Assembly (NCBI GenBank): GCA_051294905.1
Contig: CM119374.1
Coordinates: 2,232,001-2,296,000, forward strand
Direction of reading: 5' to 3'
Length of the DNA stretch: 64,000 bases
Origin: Botryllus schlosseri
Lineage: Eukaryota
Part shown: positions 52,001 to 60,405 of the stretch, piece by piece
Layout: the number at the start of each line of letters is the position of its first letter
Numbering within the stretch: the first letter of the stretch is position 1
Notes under the pieces: model-generated
The model's input: only the letters and a program-made list of their open reading frames with translations
What the model was told of the DNA's origin: nothing
The model's database searches: none
Made by a program: the position numbers and the translations under genes

Positions 52001-55000
52001 ATTGTTCATTATAAATTCAATTTAATCTTAGGACTTTCCGACTTCACGCTAAAGTCATAGTTTATCCAACTCGAAATTCCACGAGAGAAGGATATGTAGA
52101 GGTTGGATATTGGTAATTTTACCTCCTTGTTTTTCAACGCTAGTACTAAATGTAACCGACCGTTGGTTACGTTGAATTGCAGGGTTCAACTTAGTAGATT
52201 GTTTGCTTTTTTTATTCACAACAATTGCTCTTATCGATTTTAACGTCATATGCGCCCAGCACGGTAATTTCATTAACATCAGTGTCTTTTGGGGGTCTTT
52301 TTGTCATATCAGGAACCACTTCCATCCTTGCGTTGTGTGACGAGATAGCATAATGGTATAATCCAGAACTACAACACCAATTGATTGCGGGTTCGGGTCT
52401 TGCAAAAAGCCTATAGAAGTGAGCCGTGTAACAAGTCAGCAGTTACGGAATCAAAAATTACGAATATCGGCCTGGTGTAAATTACCACTGCAGTAGACAA
52501 ACACCATGAATACCACAAATAATAACATGCTCGCGCTCCGCCACCAACGGTCACTCTCGTTTGCCGTATCTTAACTCTTTGATGCCGAATTTTGCCTTCA
52601 CTCACCTTCATTCTGGGCTTTTTCATACACTGCAATTGCAGGTAAGTTAGCGACGAAGAGCCCAGTTAAACCTTTGCCCCATAGAGGTTGGGCTGAACCG
52701 GGACTTACCAAATGTTTCGGACGCGTCCACGGGTGCGTGATTATCTGCGTTGTGTTAAACGGGTTATTCACTCAGTTTTTGGCTATTGCGACCGTGATGA
52801 GAAGTTCGAGAGATTATTTTGTAGGAGCAATACTGCATGAGACTGACTATTTATGATAATTGCAAACGTGAGGTCCAGTTGCAGATTCATTTTCCTGTAA
52901 GTCTGACTTATATTGTTCTCGAAGGCGCCCCGAAACCAGTCGTATTGTTTGTCGTGCTTGGAACAGGGTCCAGCTAAATTGAAACTGATCGTTCGATATG
53001 CCCGCATTTCATTACCAGAACCCAGGCAAATATCTATGCATTTTTCAAACATTAGTTGATATGACTGTATGATTTTTTTTCGTAAATCTCCGGAGTGTTC
53101 AACGAACCGCAAGTAACACCCAATTAGACTGCATATCGCTAGGAACTGTCTTTATTGTGTTGGATATATGTGATATAATTGTATATTGCATCCCCGGCAC
53201 CGTTCATTGGTGTTAAACATCATTTCTAATTTTCAAGCGAACGGTCATACCATCGCGTCCTTGTAATATGAGGTGAAAAACAAGTAGCCACTGCAGCTGA
53301 TATTTCAACTCCACACATATTGTTTCAAATTGCCATGGTACTTCATGCACGAATGCAATATCTGTACGGATATATAGACCTTGAGTTCTTGATTTTGATG
53401 TTTGATTGCCAGGCTTGAGTTTCAAATATATTATAAATATGTTTCTAATAAATATTATGATGAGATTACGCTCGGTGAAACTCCAAAATTCGACATCATG
53501 GTGACTTCACGATAATCAAAATTTCCAACTTAGCGTTAGTGTAAAGTGTTACTGAGCATTTTTGTTCGATGATATGAGAGTGCTTTATTTTCAGCTTCGA
53601 AATTGTCCTTCAACATTATCGGGAACACAAATCTATTTTCAACAAACAGTACTGCAGCATCGCTAGAGAGTGCTGAAGTGGACGAAAATATCAATGTATC
53701 AATGCTGGTGCTTTCAGCCATCGTTGAAAACAAAAATATAACTAATCTTCCACCAGATGGACGTCTGACATACTCGGTATGATTGAATTATTTCGCGAAG
53801 GAAATTTTGGTAGAGCACTAAGGTATAATAAGGACAATATGAAATAAGATTCGCCTCTTAAACATCGATGAAAGAAAATATCGCGAATTGACAAAAGTAA
53901 CGTACTACTAAAACTACATATAACCATGGAACTGCAGTAGGCTACATATACTGAGAGTTGAATCCAATTTTTAGATCAATGTTGATTACGATTTTAAAGA
54001 TCGACTTTATCCTAATTTTATGCGTTTGACAGAGTGTGTACAAACGCATGTTCAGCTATAGTTTCCATGTGAAGTCCTTTGAAAAGTAATTCACTTATGT
54101 AATGTTGTCAGAAACGTCCTTACGTATACTAGTGTATTAACGTGTTATTGGTCTATCAGTTGCTGTTCTTCATCATGTGCAATTATTTCACCAGTTACCA
54201 GTGCCGTATGACAATGAAACGCAGGATCGATCATGTGTTTATTGGTTGAAATCTGCAAGGAATTGGGATGACCGAGGCTGCTCCGTGACAGGAAGCACCC
54301 TGGACACACTGACTTGCTCGTGCGATCATTTAACAAACTTTGCTGCTTTATTGGTAAGCAATTACAAATAATAGATACATTCATTATATAAATGTATGTA
54401 AAAACAGCATGAACCGCATATCAAGCAACATAGGTACTAATACAAATGTTTCATTATGATGGTTCCCTATATTTATACTCCTAAATTGCAAATATTGATC
54501 GAATTGACTTCCTAGCGTAAAAGGCTATAACTGTTGTAGAATTGTATAGATGACTCGCATTGCAACAAAAAGAGGTTTAACTACGGCATGTTCAGTATTT
54601 AGTTTCTACTAGTCTGCTGCCGTCGCTAGATATCTGGGGGATCTTGTGAGCCTGTGACAGTTAAATATGTGATTCTCACACCTAGACTTGGAAATGACTG
54701 TAGCCAAGTCGACTTATATATCATTAAGCTTATATAGCTTAGTATAGGTCAATGGTTCTTGATGGGGGGGGGGTCACTGAGCAAGTCGCGGACACATCGG
54801 TATCACTAGTTTGCGGCAGATATGCATTATATACTTTTGAATTTGTTTGAAAATCATGCTTTATTAGTTTAGTTTTAACACTGTTGTGGATGCAGATGAT
54901 GCACACATGTTGATGTTCAACTTGGACACTATATAGTATTCTATACTAATACATTAGATGTGTAAAATGGTGGACGTTTTGTGACTGAATGACCTAGGAC

Positions 55001-56541
55001 GGCCTTGGTAGTTTATTTTTGCTGTCGATGTTTTTGTGGCATATACACCGACGCATGATACACCATGGTCTGTGCATATGCATACCATGAGTAGGGGACA
55101 TGTGGTACCGATGGATCACTGGGACCGAAAATACTTTGAAAATTCTCTTATGATAATTCCATGATTACACTCCGTGAACTTGTCTACAATTGCTTGCTGG
55201 CAAAATCTTTCCTCACATACAAAAAAATTCGACGTACGCGAGCTATGGGGTCTCTCACAGATGTTTTTTGTTTTGGGGGTCTAAAGTAAATTTATATCGA
55301 CATATACATTTTTCTTTGTAACCTTCAGCACGAACAAACCAGCAATCATTTTTATTGTGAAGTGTAGGGCTTGTATCAGGCTATATAATGGCACCTATTA
55401 TTTTTTCAGTACTCTCCTTGAGTAGAATTTTTTTCGATTCATGTATAAAATTCGTAGGGTGGGGACCGATGATACAATAGCCAAATCACGCAAAATAATC
55501 AAGCATACTAATCATAAAATAAATAAAAATGCCTACGTACAGAAAATCTTTATGTAATAATTGCATATGATGTTTTATCGCTATAACGAGGTAATTGGAA
55601 GTCACACTGTCGATTTTCGGGCAATATGTATGTACTCTCAAATTTATAAGTCCGGCCCTAAATCGAAACGTGATTTTATGACAACACTTGAGTTAATATT
55701 TATTCTATTTTTTGACGGATGCGATCAAACATTCTTCTTTGGCTTACTGTAGCTTAGATTATAATACTGAGCAAGAACAATTGTCACATCTGAGGTATTT
55801 AGGGTATATGTGTCACAGGTCCCCGGGTCGTGTGCCATTGAACCCACCGGGTGGGGACCGATGACACGTTCGAGCAACAAATTTTGAACGTCCATAAATA
55901 TTTTTTGAAAAGACGGATGTTCATGTATATGTGCGCGATAGGTAGAGCTTGTATCAAAGTGCTCAGCCAGCAAATGACCTGCTGTTTTTGGCTGAACATT
56001 TTGGGGCCAGCGATCATTTTCCAATTTTTGATCCATCGGTACCACATCTCCCCTACATGATGTGCGTATGCCTCTGGACAATAAAGGTGCAGATATAGCA
56101 TTTTATGGCTTTCTAAGTCTTGTACCACCCTCCATGCTATTCCAGTAATGCATGAGCGCCAAGCAGGGAAGTCTTGAATCACAATGTTACTAATCAGGTC
56201 TTTAGTTTGTCCGAGCCGGGAATCGAACCCACAACCTACCGATGAAGATGCCGGACTCTTCGCAATTACGCTATATTGTGGGCGAAAATAATAGGTTTGC
56301 TGCACGCATGCAGAGTGGCATAAGAGCTCCTAGATGATTAGGTTAAAGAACAACTGTCGTTCTCAAACTATCAGGAATAATAATAGTTTATGACTGTTTG
56401 TAGCCTAGGACTGTGACATATCGTGAATTCCATTCAGGGGGATTTTTCGGGATCGACAAGTCTTCGTGTCATAACAATCGTAGGATGCTCGATATCAGCA
56501 TTTGCCCTACTGATTCTGGTGCTGTTATTCTTTTGCATTCC
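3862..56541 (+). CDS. Multi-exon adhesion GPCR (CTL-Ig-CCP-CCP-Cys-rich-EGF x4-HRM-GAIN/GPS-7TM); 5' end uncertain, 3' end not found in window
   Basis: 20 exons with AG/GT boundaries and matching phases join into one open frame of 2866 nt; diagnostic GPS motif CVYW...W...GC...CSCDHL|TNFAALL followed by TM1 LRVITIVGCSISAFALL. Confidence 0.92.
4557..4685 (+). CDS. aGPCR exon: C-type lectin domain, middle
   Basis: gtag|t...tg|gtgag; FRIGL...GWYWTE is the WIGL/WxW equivalent; phase 2-2. Confidence 0.82.
4781..4893 (+). CDS. aGPCR exon: C-type lectin domain, C-terminal part
   Basis: tttttcag|g...a|gtatag; SACVLPIDQTWIEVDDSSLHFIICE matches the CV...W...FICE end of CTLs; phase 2-1. Confidence 0.85.
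4957..5232 (+). CDS. aGPCR exon: Ig-like domain
   Basis: ttgtag|ac...g|gtaaaa; 276 nt, phase 1-1; GGTATLQITV, ITLYKD, DAGMYEF strands. Confidence 0.85.
6452..6661 (+). CDS. aGPCR exon: Sushi/CCP domain 1
   Basis: tttag|ct...c|gtgagt; 210 nt, phase 1-1; VTCHEVPDF...SCIITCNFGY...ATC...GKWDYGNTAC. Confidence 0.92.
6975..7260 (+). mobile_element. SINE family A copy
   Basis: Degenerate B box gggctcgagtcc and body similar to 222-540; boundaries approximate. Confidence 0.65.
7740..7855. repeat. Subterminal tandem repeat of the EnSpm element (~23-25 bp unit, tccaccctatatggggg)
   Basis: Three near-identical units plus a partial; produces the spurious ORFs at 7632-8033. Confidence 0.85.
7969..8197. 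mobile_element. hAT MITE (TAGGGTT-type TIR)
   Basis: TIR tagggttaccata / tatggtaacccta; TSD cattacta/cataacta (7/8). Confidence 0.8.
8875..8995 (-). mobile_element. SINE family A fragment
   Basis: Reverse complement of the body at 7074-7200. Confidence 0.6.
9698..10746. mobile_element. Charlie/Buster-type hAT non-autonomous element
   Basis: Left TIR cagcggttctcaacc, damaged right TIR; TSD ctatggac/ctatagac (7/8); same family as 35633-36470 in opposite orientation. Confidence 0.82.
13323..15773 (+). mobile_element. hAT transposon with frameshifted but nearly full-length transposase
   Basis: Imperfect CAGG...TTGTACTT TIRs; perfect 8-bp TSD GGTATAGA; motifs AVD, CDGEPTM, WCGIHQLDLV, LRRQQ, FPTTAPVEADFS, SLEGCLHAKQF. 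Confidence 0.9.
13480..15558 (+). pseudogene. hAT transposase split by several frameshifts (ORFs 13753-14100, 14064-14255, 14252-14830, 14830-15558)
   Basis: D, D, CxxH and E catalytic motifs lie in order across adjacent frames; start approximate. Confidence 0.85.
16813..17579 (+). pseudogene. gag: Gypsy gag with two CCHC knuckles; one frameshift near 17330
   Basis: CYICKEKGHIARDC and CFACGQWGHIARQC lie in a frame shifted from the N-terminal capsid part at a T-run. Confidence 0.88.
17525..20549 (+). pseudogene. pol: Gypsy pol (PR LVDTG, RT YIDD, RNase H, integrase); frameshifts near 17869 and 20155
   Basis: Motifs in ORFs 17591-17872, 17869-20175 and 20145-20549. Confidence 0.92.
21429..23319. 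mobile_element. Non-autonomous hAT element with internal ~198-bp tandem repeats
   Basis: 14-bp TIR cagtggcggctcgt; perfect 8-bp TSD TACTATTT. Confidence 0.92.
23461..26606 (+). pseudogene. THAP + HTH + DDE_Tnp_4 transposase of the ISL2EU element (disrupted)
   Basis: MVYCVVFGC...VCSYHF...KKDAVPS (THAP); DQLLIMLLKMK (HTH); LADKGF...RIHVDRAIERIRNYKIL (DDE C-terminus); interrupted by the hAT at 24234-25590. Confidence 0.88.
24234..25590 (+). mobile_element. Internally deleted hAT related to 13323-15773
   Basis: TIR caggcctgtt(t/c)attttt; perfect TSD GCAATATG; remnants GYLRRQQNLIQEMKSTCPK and LEGILKAKDF. Confidence 0.9.
27659..29371. mobile_element. Non-autonomous hAT with (CAATTA)n subterminal arrays
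   Basis: TIR cagagt(a/t)ggatcaa; TSD tcctccat/tcctgcat (7/8). Confidence 0.85.
28662..28975. mobile_element. Charlie-type hAT MITE nested in 27659-29371
   Basis: TIR cactggttctc / gagaaccactg; perfect TSD GTTTAGCC. Confidence 0.88.
31409..31618 (+). CDS. aGPCR exon: Sushi/CCP domain 2
   Basis: ttcag|cc...c|gtatgt; 210 nt, phase 1-1; VICYEVPEF...SCNITCNDGY...ATC...GVWEYGDSEC. Confidence 0.92.
32544..32860. mobile_element. Left-end fragment of the GACTCGAGTC hAT family
   Basis: Colinear similarity to 2681-2930. Confidence 0.7.
33810..33890 (+). CDS. aGPCR exon: small Cys-rich module (SSCDESCHFECMDNRTCLCIDQICTE)
   Basis: ttcttgcag|ca...g|gtttgt; 81 nt, phase 1-1, six Cys. Confidence 0.7.
34050..34551. 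mobile_element. Degenerate fragment of the GACTCGAGTC hAT family
   Basis: GACTT/GACTC arrays ending ttacaaccatg, similar to the TIR at 57837. Confidence 0.55.
34817..35072. repeat. 128-bp tandem duplication
   Basis: 34817-34944 and 34945-35072; only one difference seen. Confidence 0.95.
35633..36470. mobile_element. Charlie-type hAT element (family of 9698-10746)
   Basis: TIR cagtgattttcaacc / ggttgagaaccactg; perfect TSD AACTTGAG. Confidence 0.9.
39345..39443 (+). CDS. aGPCR exon: EGF-like 1
   Basis: cgacag|tg...g|gtaaat; CPPCRNNSECLELQCRCKSGYHG...C. Confidence 0.85.
40057..40185 (+). CDS. aGPCR exon: calcium-binding EGF
   Basis: aaaag|at...g|gttgct; DIDEC...CQNLPGTYQCSCTEGF. Confidence 0.92.
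   Translation: MSTSAWMRHLVLQSDNPAKTYLELTNAAALKVSCRRKVETIA
40248..40361 (+). CDS. aGPCR exon: EGF-like 3
   Basis: tttag|aa...g|gtgaga after a 62-nt intron; LCEPTDCGANAGC...CSCFVGFKGDPEHEC. Confidence 0.9.
42364..42492 (+). CDS. aGPCR exon: calcium-binding EGF
   Basis: ctatag|ac...a|gtgagt; DIDECAS...CRNTIGSYYCECIVGY. Confidence 0.92.
43180..43213 (+). ncRNA. Minimal type I hammerhead ribozyme motif (Penelope/retrozyme-like)
   Basis: accc-CTGACGA-gtgttgaac-GAAA-atat-TC-gggt: intact core, stem I, short stem II, palindromic AATATT stem III. Confidence 0.65.
43412..43570 (+). CDS. aGPCR exon: hormone-receptor (HRM) domain, first part
   Basis: ttttacag|at...g|gttagc; C...NITFPSSLAG...C pattern. 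Confidence 0.85.
44105..44552. mobile_element. hAT-like MITE with GGAGCCGGA/GAGTCGGA internal repeats
   Basis: Short TIR tagtgcg/cgcacta; TSD ttacatat/ttacattt (7/8). Confidence 0.7.
44665..44753 (+). CDS. aGPCR exon: HRM domain, second part
   Basis: gtttcag|cc...tcg|gtgaga; SRLCELDGTW...SC; phase 1-0. Confidence 0.88.
45740..45904 (+). CDS. aGPCR exon: GAIN subdomain A
   Basis: ttcgtag|gaa...acc|gtgggt; VSASLQILTSNPETINSDDV; phase 0-0. Confidence 0.88.
47040..47830 (+). pseudogene. Decayed Chapaev3-like (CMC) transposase remnant
   Basis: VLLHNG...PIGHS...KEKYE..K..LEKL and MTIKFHFLSSHLDIFP...QGERFHQDIK; family name from memory; bounds approximate. Confidence 0.65.
48491..48567 (+). CDS. 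aGPCR exon: GAIN
   Basis: tttgcag|act...ga|gtaaga; VITTISNLM; phase 0-2. Confidence 0.85.
48627..48727 (+). CDS. aGPCR exon: GAIN
   Basis: tttttag|a...a|gtgagt; LLTQLDFIA...VSRNISVVV; phase 2-1. Confidence 0.85.
48850..49764. mobile_element. Charlie-type hAT element
   Basis: TIR (t/c)aggggtgtcaaac; TSD ctttagag/gtttagag (7/8); internal 22-bp tandem repeat x3 at ~49139-49203. Confidence 0.85.
50146..50491. mobile_element. Charlie-type hAT MITE
   Basis: TIR cagtggttccca / tgggaaccactg; perfect TSD AACTAGAC; same family as 59570-59898. Confidence 0.92.
51422..51598 (+). CDS. aGPCR exon: GAIN subdomain B
   Basis: ttttatag|gt...t|gtaatg; ends IQASIHIP; phase 1-1. Confidence 0.8.
52380..52545 (+). 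mobile_element. SINE family A partial copy
   Basis: Body similar to 7100-7240. Confidence 0.6.
52780..53430 (-). pseudogene. Possible decayed LINE endonuclease region
   Basis: GLYIRTDIAFVHEVPWQFETICVELK resembles APE endonuclease strands; weak. Confidence 0.3.
53595..53776 (+). CDS. aGPCR exon: GAIN subdomain B
   Basis: ttttcag|ct...tcg|gtatga; LSFNIIGNTNLF...VLSAIVENKNITNL; phase 1-0. Confidence 0.88.
54195..54353 (+). CDS. aGPCR exon: GPS autoproteolysis motif
   Basis: ttcaccag|tta...ttg|gtaagc; SCVYW...WDDRGC...CSCDHLTNFAALL. Confidence 0.96.
55050..56280 (-). mobile_element. tRNA-derived SINE family B, split by the MITE
   Basis: 56054-56280 plus 55050-55093 are the reverse complement of 59071-59345; B box ggttcgattcc. 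Confidence 0.8.
55094..56053. mobile_element. TA-target (Tc1/mariner/pogo-like) MITE inserted into a SINE
   Basis: TIR gggga(c/g)atgtggtaccgatggatca; TA on both sides; flanks rejoin into SINE family B. Confidence 0.8.
56438..56541 (+). CDS. aGPCR exon: TM1 of secretin-like/adhesion 7TM
   Basis: cattcag|ggg...cc|gtgagt; SLRVITIVGCSISAFALLILVLLFFCI. Confidence 0.9.
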
Positions 56542-56799
56542 GTGAGTATCGTGTTATTTCGAATCGTTTAGTCAATCAGATTTTCTCAAGGAAATGCGAC
56601 ATATCCGCAATATAATCACGACACTGCTAAATGCGTAATGTCACGATATAAAATATTTACTTAGTAGCAGGGCTTTGAAACAGTCGCTAATTATTAACTG
56701 CTCCAGCTCCTGAGCTCATTGATATTAGTGCTTGGGCCTCAGTTCAGTCTCCGAAAACGACCGAACAGTTCGGGCAGCAGTCAGTAACAACGATTCTAG

Positions 56800-57100
56800 C
56801 TGGTTGTGTGGTTACCCGAAGTCCGGTGACATTATCATCAGCCAATGACGTCTGTTGATGAAGTCATAGTCGCACGAGAACGCACTTTAATCCATGCCAC
56901 TGACAATCTGGCAAAGTGTGCTGCTAGTTCACCCGACGGCGCGGTCATCTCTATTCCTATGTCGCAGAAGGAAGCCAAAGTTCGGGTCTCCAAACACTGT
57001 CGGGAAAAATGGATTGGTAAGCTCAGTGAGCATATAGAAGATTCCTTATTCGGCTTATATTCTCGCAGCACAACGGAATGCCTGTCTTTTCACCATCGCC
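56800..57100 (+). pseudogene. Possible non-LTR retrotransposon RNase H remnant
   Basis: ATDNLAKCAA ~ ADxLAKxA, followed by K..V...CREKW; weak. Confidence 0.3.
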
Positions 57101-57169
57101 ACAAATACAATCGTCAATCCTTGTGCGTCTACAGACCAGTGTAGGGATCATGTCACTACTTTCGAGTCA

Positions 57170-57330
57170 TAAGTAATCTCGAGTCATTGCACATTTTGAG
57201 TCTAATCAATTCAAGTCAATCGATTTTCGAAGGTGACTACCGTCAACTCAAATCCCTCGATTCTTTGCAGGTGACTAGTGTCGAGTCGAGTCGAGTCAAG
57301 TCAAGTCAAGTCAAGTCAAGTCACGAGAAG
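57170..57330 (-). mobile_element. Right-end fragment of the GACTCGAGTC hAT family
   Basis: Reverse complement of ~3430-3595. Confidence 0.7.
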
Positions 57331-57836
57331 GGCTGTGAAGTCTTAATTGGTGGAGTCGGACTCGTGGTGGAAATATTGACTGGAGTTGGAGTCGGAGTTT
57401 TTGAAAATGACCCTGACTCCGACTTCCAGTTCTTTATTAGGAAAACAATTGCTTTTAATTGTATCTTTAAATTACCAATAATACCAAAAACAGAATTTTT
57501 ATGTACCACTAATCACCGTAATTAGTACAGATACAAACCATGGGCGGCCCACCAGTGGCTCGCGAGGTAGTTTTCGAAATTAGTTATAACATCAGGTAAA
57601 ATTACAAGGCCAGCAAAAATTTGTAAATTTGAAATATTTCTTAGCACTTTGCATTTTTTATTTTTACTTCATTTCTTGCATTTGATATTGACGCCGCCTC
57701 CGGAAAATTTTAAATACGAATAATGTACAGAATCGAGTCTAAAGATATTCTTAATTGGGAGATAACGTGTCGTCGAATATGTGACTTCGTTGTGTGCTCG
57801 CAGCGAGATCGTCGGCGATTAAACATTTGCCCAAAG

Positions 57837-58525
57837 CAGGGTTGTAATGACTCGAGTCATGACTCGACTCGAGTCACGATTTTTTTGTAACTCGACTTGA
57901 CTCGAGTCATTTTCTTGAAAAGGGAAAATGACTCGACTCGAGTCAATATTTGGATTGACTCGACTTGTACTCGAGTCATTACGCATGACTCGATCCAAGT
58001 CATTGACTCGGCTTATTTTATATGACTTGAAGATGAAGAAATTTGCGAATCGTAATGGCTAGATCAACGCAGCTGACGAATTCTGGCGACATCGCTATTT
58101 GTCACCACTGCTTGCGCCGCCGTAAAAACAACAGACAATGGTACATAGTAGCAATGCATTGTACAAAATCATCCAGTGATGAAGAGGTAATATATCCTCC
58201 GCAATCAGATACTTTTCAATTATACAAGCAAACAATCGAAGCAAAGTTCAATTAGAGCCAATGAAATGACTCAGATGGTCAAGAGACTGATAAGCTCATG
58301 TGTAGATTTGAAGGCGATGATTCTTTGCATTTTTTGGCGACTAGAAAAAATGAGTGTTCAATGCTCTTCAGTGTGGTTCAAAAATGCTTGTCAATTCCTG
58401 CATCTAGTACCCTAGTGGAACGTGTATTGAGTAGATGTGGATTTATTCTAAGGCCATGCCGCTTTATCATATCTGAGGATCTCCTTTCCCCATTAGTATT
58501 TTTGAAGTGTAACTCATTGATTTGA
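57837..58525 (+). mobile_element. GACTCGAGTC-family hAT left end followed by a hAT dimerization-domain remnant
   Basis: cagggttgtaatgactcgagtc end; CLSIPASSTLVERVLSRCG...LVFLKCN (hATC). Confidence 0.7.
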
Positions 58526-59070
58526 TCTGCTGTCTGTGAAAACACACAATACCCACCGTCCATTTGACGTTTTGTTAGGTATGTGCATTGTGCACGTGAG
58601 TAATAATGAATGGCTAATATTGTGTGATGTTTGTACAATATGGCTGTTCTAAAATAACTTCTTTTTTTATTTTAATGGGTGGCTACTTGGTAAAATTGTT
58701 ATGTTGCATAAAAAGAAAACTGAATCTGGGTTAATTTGAAAAAGTAGAATCAATGATGTCATCGATTGGCTGATAATCCGAGGATTATTAACGAAAAACT
58801 CCAATAACTCCGCTTCTAATAGTTGGAATTGAGTCAAATTTGTTTTGAATCGTCTATGAAGACAGCCCAACAATTTCATTCATTTTTTATTTTCCTGTTT
58901 ATATTAAAAATTTTAATTGGATCTGCGGCGCCCCATACTTGTTAGAATTGAACCAAATTTGGTGTGCAGCGTTTTTTAGGATAACCTGACAACTTAATGA
59001 CTGAATTGCTGGAATCCAGAAAAAAAAGGTATTTTTGAACAGCCCTAATGTGCATTCATTGCCGACAAGA

Positions 59071-59345
59071 TAGTGTAATGGTGAAGCGTCCCCCTTCTTG
59101 ATCGACAGGTCGTGGGTTCGATCCCCGGCCGGGTCAGACCAAAGACCTGATCAGTAACACTGGTATCCATGACTTCCCTGCTTAGCGCTCATGCATTACT
59201 GGGATAGCATGGAGGGTTGGTGCATGACTTAGAAAGACGTAATTGCTAAGTCTGCACTGCCTTGTCCAGCCGCATATGCACACCATGCGCTCATGGTATG
59301 CATATGCACAGATCGTGTGTCTGTGTATCATGAGTCGGTGTACAT
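59071..59345 (+). mobile_element. tRNA-derived SINE family B
   Basis: A box tagtgtaatgg, B box ggttcgatccc, non-tRNA body shared with 55050-56280. Confidence 0.82.
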
Positions 59346-59569
59346 GCCGCAAAAAAACATCGAGGACAAAAATAAACTACGTCCTCTCCTTTTCCTTTCC
59401 TCCCTTTCTTTCAAACTTGCGGGACTGCGGTTTTTGCCGTGCATTGTCGTGGCATAGGACGTGGAAGGAGATTGCGAATCTTCTCATGCAACGTTGGCAA
59501 ATCCCGCATTGTTACGCCCATAATCCGTCCTCTTTTTTCGACCCATGCGATACAAATTTTGTTCTAATC

Positions 59570-59898
59570 CAGTGGTTCCCAACCTTTTTCGACCCATCGC
59601 CCCCTTTTCAAGGTCAACACCGATCATCGCTCCCCAAATTTTGTGTGCCGAACATTGGGCATACAAACTGTAATCACCGGCGGGTTGACTAAAAAAAAGG
59701 TCAAATTTTCTGCTCGATGTCTAATTCGACACACTTTTGTAACTAACTAAATTTCCGTGAGTTGACTAAAAAAAAGGTCAGCCGTTTTAGCGCGTCATCG
59801 CCCTCCTATATCCCCCTTCGTTATTTTCACCCCGCGTCGCCCCCTTTGTCCATTTTCGCCCCCTTAGACCGCCAAATCGCCCACGTTGGGAACCACTG
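59570..59898. mobile_element. Charlie-type hAT MITE inside the Gypsy integrase
   Basis: TIR cagtggttcccaac; perfect TSD TTCTAATC. Confidence 0.92.
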
Positions 59899-59973
59899 TT
59901 CTAATCGAAGGATATGCGAGAGTCCGTGTACAACTTCAAGAACTTTCCTTCGCCAAGAGCGAGGGACTTCTGG

Positions 59974-60405
59974 TAGGCTTACCATATTTTGGAAATCTAA
60001 AAAGAGGACACTTTTTCAGAAATTTCAGACATGCAAAACCGCAGAAATTTCAGACATGCAAAACCGGTAAATTTTTCCCACTTTGTGATCGGTTGACTAA
60101 AAATAATAAAAAAAAGGTCATCTTTTCCGCTCAGAGCTCAAAATACCGTTTTTCTCTCCACATTGCCATGTGGACGACTGAAAAAAAGGTCATCTTTTCG
60201 CTCAGAGCTAAAATCACCGTTTTTCACTCCGAAATACCCGCTGGAGCTTCACTTCTGTGCTAATTTGTGGCATATCACTCGCGATTTGCTCTAAATCTGA
60301 CCTAAATTTTCAAAAAAGAGGACAAAAGGGCGTTCTCCGAGGACACTTTCACAAAAGTCAAAAATGAGGACAAATCCTCTTAAAAGAGGACTTATGGTAA
60401 GCCTA
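59974..60405. mobile_element. hAT MITE (TAGGCTTACCATA TIR) inside the Gypsy integrase
   Basis: 13-bp TIR; perfect TSD ACTTCTGG. Confidence 0.92.
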
